A stretch of 64,000 nt of DNA from contig NC_043014.1 of NCBI RefSeq assembly GCF_006345805.1, positions 31,496,001-31,560,000 of the forward strand. The letters are read 5' to 3'. The DNA comes from Octopus sinensis. Lineage: Eukaryota. The notes beneath the pieces were generated by a model, which was not told where the DNA came from, ran no database searches, and saw nothing but the letters and a program-made list of their open reading frames with translations. The position numbers and the translations under genes are program-made. The stretch's first letter is position 1, and every line of letters starts with the position of its first letter. Positions 1-12,446 of the stretch are shown in pieces.

Positions 1-93
1 CTAACTGCTGTTGAAATTATAGACATACTAATTACTACTAACATAATGCAAGTCTGGATGTGCTAATTAAGAATGTTAAGTTAAAAGTTCTTA

Positions 94-330
94 TAGGCAT
101 GGCTGTGTAATAAGAAACTCTCTTCCCAGCCACATGGTTCTGGGTTCAGTTCCACTGTGTGGTACCTTAAGCAAGTGTATTCTACTATACTATTGGACCA
201 GCCAAACACTTATGAGTAGATTAGGTGGGCAGAAACTGAAAGAAGCCCATCATATGTGTGACTTTTGTCCCCACCATCATGTGACAATTGACAGAATAAG
301 TACCAGGCTGCTTATGCACACAACAGACTC
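94..330 (+). mobile_element. tRNA-headed CORE-like SINE (family A, octopus OR-like), degenerate 5' half
   Basis: GGCATGGCTGTGT..CATGGTTCTGGGTTCAGTTCCACTGTGTGGTACCTTAAGCAAGTGT..GAAACTGAAAGAAGCCC matches the head/body of the full copies at 7.6-8.0 kb and 11.4-11.8 kb. Confidence 0.7.
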
Positions 331-1503
331 CATACAATTTCACCACATAACATGCATGTATTGAGTACTTCTTTTGTATGGATAAATCTGAGAAAAAAAA
401 GAGTAGCCCTTGACCATTTTGTTCCCATATTTTTACCATATTTCTGTTGAACTATGTTGCTTTTGTTTTAATTAATTTTGAAAATAATAAAGAATTTAGT
501 AAAATAATTTTATCGTTGTCAATCTGGTATTTACTCTTTTACTTGTTTCAGTCATTTGACTGCGGCCATGCTGGAGTACCACTTTTGTGGGAAAATAAAT
601 TAAAAGGAAATTTTGATGGAGGGTTTTGACTTAGAACACTTTAAAAAAGGAAGTTTGTACCATAGAACTAGGGACAGTCTCAGGCAGGTTGGTATCAAAG
701 GAGTTAAGGCCTTTTTTCTGGATCTTTATGTCTGAAAGAAAGGAGAAATTTATCCTCAGACAGGGTAAATTTCTGATTGCTTGCCAACAGAGTGCATTAG
801 GCAGTTGAGGGTCAGATGGTAGAGGCAACAAATGTCTAAAAAAAAATTATTTTAAACTTGTGGTATGATGGAACACATACAGAAGCACTAAATGCAGAAG
901 AAAAAAAATCTTTGAAACAAATTTGAAATAAAATAAAAAATTCATTTATTTTTAAATATAATAATAGGAGCAAATTGAAGTTGGATGCTGAAATATTGAT
1001 GAAAGAAAATAAAAAAAATCAAGAAAATATCTGCTGTTAAAATGTTTTTGAAACCAATATGGTATACATGCTATATAGATATTTAGCTATATGATTTTAA
1101 ATATTGATTAAAATGGAGAATTATCAAAGAAGGAAGCTTTCAGCAAAGCAAATTTTTATTGGAATTTTCCTTTAAAATGTTCCAAATCTTCAGAAAATTT
1201 TGATTCAATCATTCAACAATGAACATTGAAAATATTTCTAGAATGCTCTAGAAGAATGAAAGAGTATGAGTATATAATATATATATATATATATATACAT
1301 ACACACACATGCATATCAAAACTGATAAATTAGCTGTGTTAAATTGCAGTAACATCTTTTACAGCCATTGCATATAAGCTTAAGATGTTGCTGTATGGCA
1401 AAACAAATTCATCTTAGAACTATAAATGAGCAAAAAGAAAAAAAAAAAAATTTTTGTTCAATAAAAGCTTTAAGAAAGTTTAGGAAAATCACTGAATGTA
1501 TTA

Positions 1504-1504
<1 letters not shown>

Positions 1505-1575
<71 letters not shown>
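1505..1575. repeat. (TA)n microsatellite (one of dozens of TA/CA/GA/GAT/TTA tracts in the window)
   Basis: Direct read of the sequence. Confidence 0.95.
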
Positions 1576-1578
<3 letters not shown>

Positions 1579-1989
1579 AGTATTTTCAAAAGACAATGTC
1601 TATTATATACAAAGATATGATCAGAAATATTTTTCTATCAGCAATTTATGAATTTGTGAAGTCCAACAGATATTTAGGTTATAATAACAAACCAGTGAAG
1701 AACTCGCAGTGTGATTTGTTAAAAATAGCAGCTAAATCTCACTCAAATCACACCCTGCCATCTTTGAAAAGGACAAAAAGAGAATGGCAATATGAAAAGA
1801 CAAGATTATCCATGGTTAGAATGGCTTTAAATCAGCTCATTTTGCAACAACAAAGAAAATAATAAAAAAGGATGAAGAACAGAATAGATCAGAAAACAGC
1901 CAGATCTATGACTTGTATGTTGTGGATTGAAAAAATATTTTTCATCACTGCATAAGGTCTGGAAGGTATAGAATAACGAGAAAAGACAA

Positions 1990-2660
1990 TTTAATGTAGA
2001 GATCTAATAGAAGTCTCAATATTAGTTTGTCCATTGTTGTTGATGATGACCAAGGACATGGGAGAAGAAGATGAAGCATGGTGTGTCCAGCTGTGGCTAA
2101 CCAATCTGATACATGATTGGAAGGCTTTGCCACAGGTTGGACACTGATGGTCTGCTGGGATTGAAGACAAGGAGTTGGCACTGGACTTGTGCAGTTCACG
2201 TTTTCTTTGTGTCTCTACAATCATGTTATGTTCATAGGAGGTGGCACTTCTGCTGGTGAAGCTTTGTCAGGCAGGTCAGTCTTGCAGTTGCATTTTCCTG
2301 GTGTCGGAGTTGAGCTCAAAGCTCTTCAGTGATGCTTTGACAGTATCCTTGAAGTGCTTTTCCTGTTCACCTTGCATGTGCTTGCCTTTAACCAGTTCAT
2401 TGTAAAACAGTCTCTTGGAGAGTTGCATGTCAGGCATTCAAACAAGGTAGCCTGCCCATCAGACTTACACTCTCCTTGGCAGTGTGTAAATGTTTTGCAG
2501 ATCAACTCAAGAGAAGACATCCATGTCTGGGACCTAGTCTTGTCAGGTGATATCCAACAGCTTTCTCAGGAAGTTCATGTGGAAGTAGTTTAGCTCTTTG
2601 ACATGGCATTCCAGAGTCATCCAAGTTTCTAAAATGCCATGTATTTGTCACATTTGAGGA
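1990..2660 (-). mobile_element. Decayed RTE-clade LINE 3' region with C-terminal CCHH zinc finger
   Basis: Minus-strand ORF remnant ...HQCPTCGKAFQSCIRLVSHSWTHH; upstream frameshifted GRLP..ECLTCNSPR / FKDTVK motifs; same family at 28.4 kb and 59.2 kb. Confidence 0.75.
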
Positions 2661-2819
2661 GAGATTTGCATTAGAAGAAAAGATACTGTAACTAGTAAAT
2701 AGATTAATATCTCTCTCTCTCTAACACACACACACATGCACACACACACACATCAACATTTTAATTGAATTATTGATCAAATTAGTTCAAAAGTAGTTTG
2801 AGAATAATAGTAAAAATTT

Positions 2820-3006
2820 GACTGGCACGTAAAAAGCACCCACAACACTCTTGGAGTGGTTGGTGTTAGGAAGGGCATCCAGCCATAGAAACCTTGCCAA
2901 ATCAGATTGGAATCTGGTGCAGTCTCCTGGTTTACTAGTTTTCAGTCAAACCATCCAACCCATGCCAGCATGGAAAGTGGGCATTAAATGATGATGATGA
3001 TGATGA
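2820..3006 (+). mobile_element. RTE LINE 3' UTR/tail fragment ending in (GAT)n
   Basis: AAAAGCACCCAC..GGAGTGGTTGGTGTTAGGAAGGGCATCC..CCAACCCATGCCAGCATGGAAAG..GATGATGAT matches the 3' end of the RTE copy at 49.86-50.04 kb. Confidence 0.85.
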
Positions 3007-3204
3007 ATTTAAGTTAATGCACCCCACCATCCTGACAAAATAGATGAAGACTGGTAGTTACTAAAGACAAGTGTTTCAGAATGATCATTCACATAGTCCC
3101 AACATGAATCTAATAAAGAATTTATAGCAAAAATCCCCCAAAGAAACAAGCAGCAAAGAAATAAAGTACTTTGGAAAAATTGATTAAGCCATTTAACTTT
3201 CAAC

Positions 3205-3750
3205 TTACTCTGTCAAATGTAATGTTTATTTATTCACGCTGCTTTGTCTTAATCATGCATAATCTTGCAGCTCTGATATTTCAATGATGTGATTGTTTAT
3301 TTTTAAAATGATATTGAAGGGTATATATGTGACAAAGGACCAAGATTTCTGGTACCTTGCTGTATTCAAGACAGCAAGGTACCAGAAATCTACAGCAGAA
3401 GTGTTAATGCTGGTCCTGCTGATGAAGATTGGCCTGCAAAAGCGCTGTGCTGGGGTTATGTAAAAAGCATGTGCTGGTGCCATGTAAAAGTGTTCATGCT
3501 GGTGCCATGTGAAAAGCACCCAGTACACATTGTAAAGGGTTGGCATTAGGAAGGGCATCTAGCCATAGAAACCAAGCCAAATCAGATTGGAACTTGGTGC
3601 AGTTAGTTAACCATCCAACCCATGCCAGCATGGAAAATAGTCATTAAACAATGATGATGATATGTGAGAGGCTGGATCTGGTCAGTCTGAATATAAATCA
3701 GTTAGAATATTTGGGCCTGATATGGCTGGCTCAAATGCTAAAGGGTTAAT
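3205..3750. mobile_element. piggyBac-type MITE split by an RTE-tail insertion
   Basis: First half at 3205-3310 and second half at 3662-3750, ending AATGCTAAAGGG-TTAA; ATATGTGA is repeated on both sides of the intervening RTE fragment. Confidence 0.7.
3315..3661 (+). mobile_element. RTE LINE 3' fragment nested in MITE
   Basis: GGCATTAGGAAGGGCATCTAGCCATAGAAACC..CCATCCAACCCATGCCAGCATGGAAA..GATGATGAT. Confidence 0.75.
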
Positions 3751-3872
3751 ATTCTTGAAAATAACAGTAAAAATTGTTGACTTGGTGCTCAGAGAGTGAG
3801 AGATTATCAGAGATTATGAGACTTAACAATTGCAGCAAGTTTCACATCATTCATTGTAAGTTATTCACTTTT

Positions 3873-4076
3873 AATCCATTAGCATTCCAATTACTGTGTC
3901 CACATGTAATGCTTTGAATTAATTATGCATTATTTCATAGCTTCAAGATTTCAATGATGTGACATTCTGTTTTTAGAATGACTTTGTAGGATAGTGTGAG
4001 AGGCTAGATCTGGTCAATTTGAACATAAAACGGAATATTTGGGCCAGATACGGCCAATTCAAATGCTAAAGGGTTA
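3873..4076. mobile_element. piggyBac-type MITE copy
   Basis: Same body as 13944-14162; right end AATGCTAAAGGGTTAG. Confidence 0.7.
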
Positions 4077-4539
4077 GGAAGGGTAAAATGTTGCAAAACT
4101 GTTGGAGACTGGTTGGTCATTTCTATAACTTTATTAGAAGGAGTCAAAGTCTTTTTTTTTTCTATTTTATGCAAGTCTGGTGGAGGTGTTTAAATTCTAT
4201 GTTGATGATATTTATGTGTTGCTGTTTAGAACCAAGTCAGCCTTGATCAAGCACTCATGATAAAAATAATAAAATTATCTTAACAATACCCATCTGTTTA
4301 CCCCTCACCCCTACCCCAAGACATATCTAATATAGTTGGCTGTAATATGAATGAGAATAGGCTACTTTTTCTAACAGGTCAAGCAACCATAGAGATTCGT
4401 TTGCTGAAAATGTGTGTGGAAGGATAAGGGAGAATGATGAAGAGCATCATGTGCATAGGAATATTTTAGGTTAGATCAGTAGTTCTCAGCTGGCCCTTTG
4501 GTTCCATATAAGATTTTGTTAATATTTATCTACCAAGGT

Positions 4540-4656
4540 TGACTTTGCCTTTCATCCATTTGCAGTTGATAAAATAAAGTATCAGATGATTACTGGGGTT
4601 GAGGTAACTGACTTATCCCATCCTCCAAACTTGCTAGCCTTGTGCCAAGATTTGAA

Positions 4657-4694
<38 letters not shown>

Positions 4695-4912
4695 GATGGC
4701 AAGCTGGCAGAATTGTTAGCACACCCGGCAAAATGCTTAACAGCATTCCATCTGTCTTTGTGCTCTGAGTTCAAATTCTGCCAAGGTCAACTTTGCCTTT
4801 CATCCTTTCAGGGTCGATAAATCAAGAACCAGTGAAACATTGGGGTTGATGTAATTGACTAGTCCCCTCTCACAAAATTTCAGGCCTTATCCCTCCAGTA
4901 GAAAGGATTATT
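4540..4912 (+). mobile_element. Two tandem SINE family B copies with (TTA)n-type tail
   Basis: GGCAAGCTGGCAGAATTGTTAGC..TGAGTTCAAATTCTGCCAAGGTCAACTTTGCCTTTCATCCTTTCAGGGTCGATAAA; preceded by a partial copy ending in (TTA)n. Confidence 0.75.
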
Positions 4913-5710
4913 ATGATCATTAACCACTGCTGTCACTACCACCACTATTTTTTAAAATTAAAATTCAGATTTTCTTCCTACATAGACTACATTAAACTAT
5001 TAACAGAACTAACTTCAGCAAGAACAAAGAAAGACAGCAGTGTTTTATAACACAAGTATAACAGTATCGTAAATGATTTCCATAGCAATTAATCATGTAT
5101 TAATTGATTAAAATATAATTAAAAAGAGAAGATTTTGCTGTCTTTTGTTTTTGGCTTTTTTCTTTTAATTTGCCAATAACAATCAATATCCTGATGAAAA
5201 CATGCCATTAACAGTTCACTGATTGATACAATTATGCAAATTAATGTTTTTACTAATAGTTCTTAAAACAAAACCACCCACCATCAATGTGTCTTGAAAT
5301 CCTTGCATGTATTTTTACTTAATCATCTCTGTGCTGAAGGCAGTTATGTTCTGTAATCGTACTTGTCTTCTGCAACAACTTACTACTTGGCTTGTCTTTC
5401 AGATATGGAGAGTAGAAGATATAGGCGTGAGCACGCACACACACACAAAGAGGAAACAAAAAAACCCGCCCTGGAGGTCTATAATCTATAATGAAGTTCT
5501 GCTTTATTTGATCTGTTTACATGTGATGCAGTTGTTTTATTCATAATGACTTTTAATGTTCAGCCTAAGGCCACAACCGTTAGTGGGTATAATTTAGATT
5601 AGGTTAACCTTAGTACTTGACTGACATTAGTTTCCAAGTGACCACTCAGCTTGCAAGAAATAGCAACCAAATCTTTCTTAAAATGATACCACACCATCTT
5701 GAATATATTC

Positions 5711-6050
5711 TTTTACTTCTTTCAGTCATTTGACTGCGGCCATGCTGGAGCACTGCCTTAAGGGGTTTTTAGTCGTAGAAATCAACCCCAGGATATATTC
5801 TATCAGTCTCTTTTGCTGAACTGCTATGTTATGGGGACATAAACACATCAACATTGGTTGTTAAGTAATGATGGAGGAACAGACACACACACACATAAAT
5901 ATATATATGTGTGTGTGTGTGTTGGGCTTCTTTCAGTTTCCGCCTACCAGATCAACTCACAAGCCTTTGGTTGGCTCGAGGCTATAGTAGAAGACACTCG
6001 CCCAAGTTGCCATGTGGTTGGGAAGCAAACTTCTTAACACATAGCCATAC
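5711..6050 (-). mobile_element. SINE family A, near full length
   Basis: Plus strand TTTCAGTCATTTGACTGCGGCCATGCTGGAGCAC..CTTTCAGTTTCCGCCTACC..CACATAGCCATACC. Confidence 0.85.
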
Positions 6051-6206
6051 CTTAAAAAAATAAGTTGAAAGTCTTTGATTATAGCTTTGGCCAATCTAGT
6101 TGACCCTGAAGCAAAAAACAGTCTGTTTATTTCATATTAACAACAGAAGAATGAAGAGCAACTTAGCAGGATTTGATCTCTAAATGAAATTGTCCTTTAT
6201 CATAAA

Positions 6207-6721
6207 CTAGCAGTATCGCCCGGCGTTGCTCGGGTTTGTAAGGGAAATAACTATATAAGCATTTTTAGAGAGTTACTTCCCTTATAGATGCCAATTCGGG
6301 CTTTCTTAGCCATTTCTGTTTTGGTGTCTTCAAGCCATGAAGTCGTTGTTCTAAAAGAACGCTGGTCTCCTTGACAACGCTTTACGACGTTGATTTCCTT
6401 ACACTCCCTTCCCCACAGCTTCACGAGGGAGGGAAGAAGGGGGAGAAGCAAACAGGTGCAGGTGTGACCATGGACGCCAACTCCGCCGCCATCGACACAC
6501 GAAAAATTATGCATTAAAATGGAATAAAAAATGATGTTAAATTATTTTTAAAATCGTAGACTCATCGTAGACGCGCGCTAATACTCAGACGGGCTCGATA
6601 TGAATCACGACTATAAGATACCCGAATTTGGTTAAACTGCACCGCAAAATGTGGGAGTAGTTAGGAATCTAAATCGAAGGGGACAGACACTCACACAACT
6701 ACAGTTTTATATATATATAGA
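6207..6721 (-). mobile_element. Non-autonomous Helitron (515 bp)
   Basis: Minus strand starts A|TCTATATATATATAAAACTGTAG and ends with hairpin CCCGAGCAACGCCGGG then GATACTGCTAG|T: 5'-TC, 3'-CTAG, A|T insertion site; CpG-rich body suggests a young copy. Confidence 0.8.
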
Positions 6722-6764
6722 TAACCTTGATTGAGATAATTACCTTTCTTTCATTTTTTTTACT

Positions 6765-7140
6765 TGTTATAGTACATATTACATGGACTGTGGCCATGCA
6801 GTAGCACTGCTTCAAAGGGATTTTAATCAAAGTGATCTCAGAACTTTTTTCTTTTAAAGTCTGTTACTTATTCTATCTGTCTATTTTGTGGAACACAAAC
6901 AAACCAACACCTATTTCTAAGCATTGGGTTAGGGGACAAACAGACAAACACACATATATACATACATATATATACACACACACATACATATATTTACATA
7001 TATGTATCAATAATGTATATACATACATATATATGTGTGCTTAAAATGTATACACACAGACACACATATATAACATAGGCTTCCTCAAAGTTCTGTTTAA
7101 CAAGGATTATAGTAGAAGATACCTGTCCAAGGTACTGTGC
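6765..7140 (-). mobile_element. SINE family A, degenerate
   Basis: ACTGTGGCCATGCAGTAGCACTGC..GGGGACAAACAGAC..TAGTAGAAGATACCTGTCCAAGGT. Confidence 0.65.
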
Positions 7141-7640
7141 AGAGGGAAACCTCATGGCTGCTGTTATCATAACAACCACTCTATCAACACAAAACCACCA
7201 TCAGGACCATTGAAAGTTCTACTACACACTCAGAATAACTATTTCATTTTGTAATGAAAACCAGGAAACCCATAGTAAATGTAGCCAATATCAGAAGCAG
7301 CACTACACGATTACCTATTAACAATCATTATTAAATAGTACCATTTTAACCAGTGTCAGTATAAGAACCATCACTATGCCATTACTGATAACTGAATAAT
7401 CACCCAATCACCACCATCATCAGCATTATTGTCAACAGCATCTAGTATCAGAAGCATTGCTACAATGAAAACTAACAGGGCTCTAGTGACTACCAGTGCA
7501 TCAAGCACCACCACTGTCACCATTGCCAATTATTGTAACCATCTAGCTAGTATCAGGTTGACAACAAACCATTACTCTCACCACCACTATCATCAACTGA
7601 ACTACAATGACCACAATTTAATGTTTTATAAAAAACATAT

Positions 7641-8028
7641 TACTCTTTTACTTGTTTCAGTCATTTGACTGCGGCCATGCTGGAGCACCGCCTTTAGTCG
7701 AGCAAATTGACCCCAGGACTTATTCTTTGTAAGCCTAGTACTTATTCTATCTGTCTCTTTTGCCAAACCACTAAGTTACAGGGATGTAAACACACCAGCA
7801 TTAATTGTCAAGCGATGTTGGGGGGGGGAGACAAATACAGACACACAAACACATATACATATACACGACGGGCTTCTTTCAGTTTCCGTCTACCAAATCC
7901 ACTCACAAGGCTTTGGTCGGCCCAAGGCTATAGTAGAAGAGACTTGCCCAAGGTGCCACGCAGAGGGACTTAACCCAGAACCATGTGGTTGGTAAGTAAG
8001 CTACTTACCACACAGCCACTCCTGCGCT
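7641..8028 (-). mobile_element. SINE family A, full length
   Basis: Minus strand: tRNA-like head GCGCAGGAGTGGCTGTGTGGTAAG..GGTTAAGTCCC, CORE-like CACCTTGGGCAAGT, internal microsatellite, tail CCAGCATGGCCGCAGTCAAATGACTGAAACAAGTAAAAGAG. Confidence 0.9.
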
Positions 8029-8044
8029 TATATATATCTTCTTG

Positions 8045-8397
8045 TAACTTCTTTTGCTTGTTTCAGTCATTAAACTGTGGCCATGCTAGGGCACCACATT
8101 GAAGATTTTTATAGCTGAATTTCATCAACCCCAGGACTTATTTTTAAGGCCTGGTACTTATTCTATCAATCTCTATTGCCAAATTACTAGGTTACAGGGA
8201 CATAAACACATCAATGCAGACATGTACATACACACACACACACACACGATAGGCCTCTTTCAGTTTCCATCTTCCAAATTCACAAGATTTTGGTTGTCCC
8301 AAGGTTACAGTAGAACACATGTGCCCAAGGTGCCACATAGTAGAACTGGACCCAGAACCATGTGGTTAGGAAGCAAGCTTCTTACCACACAGCCACC
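8045..8397 (-). mobile_element. SINE family A, directly tandem to the previous copy
   Basis: Same head, body and tail motifs, more diverged. Confidence 0.8.
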
Positions 8398-9257
8398 TCT
8401 GTCCCCTTGTCTCTTTCTTTTTCCCTCTCTCTCTCCATATATATATATATATATATATAATATGCACACCCACTCACAAATGTGTATGAAATTTGGTAGC
8501 ATGTATATGCATATTCGCACTCATAAATAACCACTCATACATTACATATATACGATTATCAATTACAGTTTATACATGTGCATGTGTGTGTGAGAGAGGG
8601 AGTGTGTTACTGTTAGTGGTGATTGTACTCATGAATCACTGTAAGTGAGCAGTCTATTTCATGGTAGTTTTGACATGTAATTAATACTTAACAAGATGCA
8701 GTGTACATCTCGAGAATGTGCACCGCACAAATAAGACACTGACAAAATGAATTCTCTTAAACTCGGCACTCAAACAGTCTTTCTGCCTATTCTCAGCCTA
8801 CATCCACACCCTTGTCTCTTCATACCTCACACCACAAACCTGCTGTTATTACTAGCATTGCAGGTTTCTGCAAAACCTTGGAGAAGATATTTATTTTGCA
8901 TGCCATTTATGTGTAGTTACCATCTACTTTGTGTGCACGTGGTGGGTGCACATGAATGTATTAGAGAGAAAGTTAAGTTAGGGCATTTGCCTTTAAATCA
9001 CAGCTGACACTTCAAATCCTCACCCCAGGGTTTACCTGTATCACTTCCCAAATCCTGCACTAACTACTGCATGTAACCCTTTCTTCCTAGAACAGTACAT
9101 TTTTAAACTGAAATTCAACCACATCAATTCTGCCTTAGGGTACCAGCAAAAAGGTGCATAAGTGCATCATGGTGTGTCAAGTAGGTTTGAGTGGCATAGT
9201 GCAACAAACAAGTTTAGGAGTTAGATACATTATTGCTTCATATATAGTGTCTTGTTT

Positions 9258-9400
9258 AACCCTTTAGTGTTCACATTATTCTGTCAAAAGTAATGTTTAT
9301 TTATTCACATTGCTTTTAATTAATCATGTATTATCTTGTAGCTTTGAGATTTTGATGAGAAAACTGTTAAATTTTAGAATGATATTGTAGGGTAGGTGCG
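9258..9400. mobile_element. piggyBac-type MITE, truncated
   Basis: TTAA-CCCTTTAGTGTTCACATTATTCTGTCAAA left end. Confidence 0.7.
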
Positions 9401-9687
9401 AGAAGATATTAAAGTAATATAAACAAGAGCTTTCCATCAAAATTTCATGAAAATATATTTTTAAACACCAGCTTTATAATAACAATATTTTACAAAATTC
9501 TTCATTATTCTTGAAATTAATTAAGAGATGGGAAGAATGATTCAACAGAAATATGGTAACAAAAGAGTTACATATGTGAGAGAAAACTGTTGTATACACT
9601 ACACTGGTCCTAATATCCAGTGGTAGTATTTACAGACTCAAACAACTGATAATTCTGGTCTGACTAGCTTCATGTTCTTTGATCCAT

Positions 9688-9992
9688 GCCTATATGAGGA
9701 TTTTAATTGAAGTTCAAACTCAGTATTGCAAGCTAATGAGAAATTACAGCAAGGTAGCTAATTACAAGGTTAATTGTGTAATGCTAGTGCCAAGAGATGA
9801 ACCATTCATGCTTCAGCTCATAGACTGCCGCCTTGCTGATTCCAAGCCTACATGAAGATTTTAACTCTAGCTCAAACTCAGTATTGCAAGTTAACGAGTA
9901 AGGTAGCTAATTACAAGGTGGATCATGTAATGCTAGTGGCAAGAGATGAACCATTCACTCTTCAGCTCATAGTCTGCCTTCATACCGATTCA
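9688..9992. repeat. Tandem duplication of ~158 bp otherwise unique sequence
   Basis: CAAACTCAGTATTGCAAG..AAGGTAGCTAATTACAAGGT..AAGAGATGAACCATTCA..TTCAGCTCATAG occurs twice in tandem. Confidence 0.85.
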
Positions 9993-11099
9993 GTCATCAG
10001 AAGCACTTATATTCACCAGATATGTCTCTGCTTCAAGTCAATCTATATCAAAGAATGTCATTGAACATCCAAAGTTAGAGCACCAGTGACAAAGAAATTC
10101 TATATAAAAGCACATTATATTCTGAAGTAAGATTTCAAACTCCTCCTTCCGCTTCACCTTCCTCTTATCATTTCATTTGCACCCCACCCACAGTACATAT
10201 AATATAGATGGCTTATTGTAGTCTTACCCAGTGACATTATGTGAAATAACTTTCTTCTTCTTAGAATCAAGGAACTTTTAAGCATCAAATCAGCTCAAAT
10301 CTAATTTTATGGCATGAAGAAGATGAGAGGTAAATCTCCCAATCTAGATAGAACAGTTTATATCGCAGGAAGCATTCTAGAAGGAGGCAATAAAGAATAA
10401 ATACATTCTGCAAAGAAACACAACAAAAACACTTGTGCTAATGGATTTGAACTCAAGCCCTTTTAAGCAGGTAGTTCAAAATCCTTAACCACTTGACCAC
10501 CTTACATCTTACACAGTCACAACATATGACCAAATATTGTAACTTACCAAATTTTGCTGGTGTACAACAAATAACAGTTGTACTGCTACTACTACTACTG
10601 CACTAGCCTCCGTCTAACAACCATTAACCTACAAGAAAGAAGAAAACAAATAAATAGATAGATAAATAAATAAATAAATAAATAAAGTGAAGTTAATACT
10701 TTATTTAGTGTGTGGCAGGTGAAGACAGAGAGATTGGAAATGAACATAAAATGATATGCAAAATACAAAATATTGAACTTCAAAGCAGATGGATGGCAAC
10801 AAAGTTCCTTGGGGAAATTTAGCAACAGCATCAAATTCAACAAGCTTGGAACTTTTCAACATCATGCGCATATACACACACACACAAAGTACCTGCGTTG
10901 TCAAAAAGGACAGAAGTTTTATTAATTATAGAGAAATAGTGTGTCTGTTCATGGTGATGGTGATGTATAAACCCATTTGATAAATTTCTTACCTCATGAT
11001 TTTGCAGTTTGTATTTTAATAGTAAAATATTACGCTTTGATCTCAGCCGAAAGGGTTGAACCTAGTAATTCATAAATATTTGACTTGATATATAAGTGT

Positions 11100-11350
11100 A
11101 GGTAGGTGTGACTGTGTGACTTGCGACCACATGATTTTGGGTTCATTCCCACCGCACAGTACCTTGGGCAAACGTCTTCTATCATAGCCCCAGACCAATG
11201 AATGCCTTGTGAATGTATTTGGTAGATGGGAATTGCGTGGAAGCTTCATGTGTGTGTGTGTGTGTGCACGCGTGCGTACATGTGTTTATCTGTCTTAGCA
11301 TTTAACAGTCAGTGTTGGTTTGCTTATGTCCCTTAACTTAGTGGTTCAAC
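11100..11350 (+). mobile_element. SINE family A, degenerate
   Basis: GACCACATGATTTTGGGTTCATTCCCACCGCACAGTACCTTGGGCAAACGTCTTC. Confidence 0.65.
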
Positions 11351-11400
11351 AAAAGAGACTGAAAGTAATATATACCAGACTTTAAAAAAACGAAATAACA

Positions 11401-11785
11401 GGAGTTGCTGTGTGGTAAGTAGCTTGCTTACTAACCACATGGTTCCGGGTTCAGTCCCACTGCGTGGCACCTTGGGCAAGTGTCTTCTACTATAGCCTCG
11501 GGCCGAATAAAGCCTTGTGAGTGGATTTGGGAGACGGAAACTGAAAGAAGCCTGTCGTGTATATGTATATATATGTGTGTGTGTTTGTGTGTCTGTGTTT
11601 TTCCTCCCAACATCGCTTGACAACCGATGCTGGTGTGTTCATGTCCCCGTAACGTAGCAGTTCGGCAAAAAGAGACCGATAGAATAAGTACTAGGCTTAC
11701 AAAGAATAAGTCCTGGGGTCGATTTGTTCGACTAAAGGCAGTGCTCCAGTATGGCCACAGTCAAATGACTGAAACAAGTAAAAAG
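11401..11785 (+). mobile_element. SINE family A, full length, low divergence
   Basis: GGAGTTGCTGTGTGGTAAGTAGCTTGCTTACTAACCACATGGTTCCGGGTTCAGTCCCACTGCGTGGCACCTTGGGCAAG ... GGGGTCGATTTGTTCGACTAAAGGCAGTGCTCCAGTATGGCCACAGTCAAATGACTGAAACAAGTAAAA. Confidence 0.9.
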
Positions 11786-12446
11786 GGGTGTTGATTTGCT
11801 CAAGTAAACCCTTCAAGATGGTTGCCCAGTATGGTTGCAGAGCAATGATTGAAACAAGTAAAAAAATAAAAGCTCACTTCCTACTCCAACCAACTCTTAT
11901 TCTAATTCTCTCACTACCCCTCACACTTTCTCAGTTTATCAGTCAGGATAGCATGATAAACACCTCATCACCTTCCATTCCCATTTTACTTCTCCTACTA
12001 TCACTCACTCTTTATTTCTCATTTGATAGTCTCCTACTTTTACACAGCATCCTTTGCATAACAACAAAATAAATACATATTGCAAGGAGATGAACTGCTG
12101 CTGTCTCTAGTGGTTGACTGTTCATTATTAACAAGACTAAACAAGGTCAAAATCATGTGATCTGGTAGTCTTGGTGCTGGAGGTAGCAGGGATATATCTC
12201 CCTGCTAATGTTGAAGAACACTCAATGTAACTGCAATGTAAACCAAGGAAATTCACTAATCATTACCAGACTCATTAAACTCTGTCCAACCTATGCAAGT
12301 ACGCAAAAGTGGGTGTTAAACGATGATAATGATATGATTTTCTTTTTTAACGTCTAGTTTTCCATGCTTCCATAGATCAGATGAGAGTGTGTAGGGTTGA
12401 GTTTTCTGTTGCTGGATGCCTTTCCTGTCACTAACCTCCACCTATT

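Noticed and set aside
7950-8028. tRNA genes in SINE heads
   Set aside because: Only A/B-box-like motifs; no complete cloverleaf; always joined to the SINE body.
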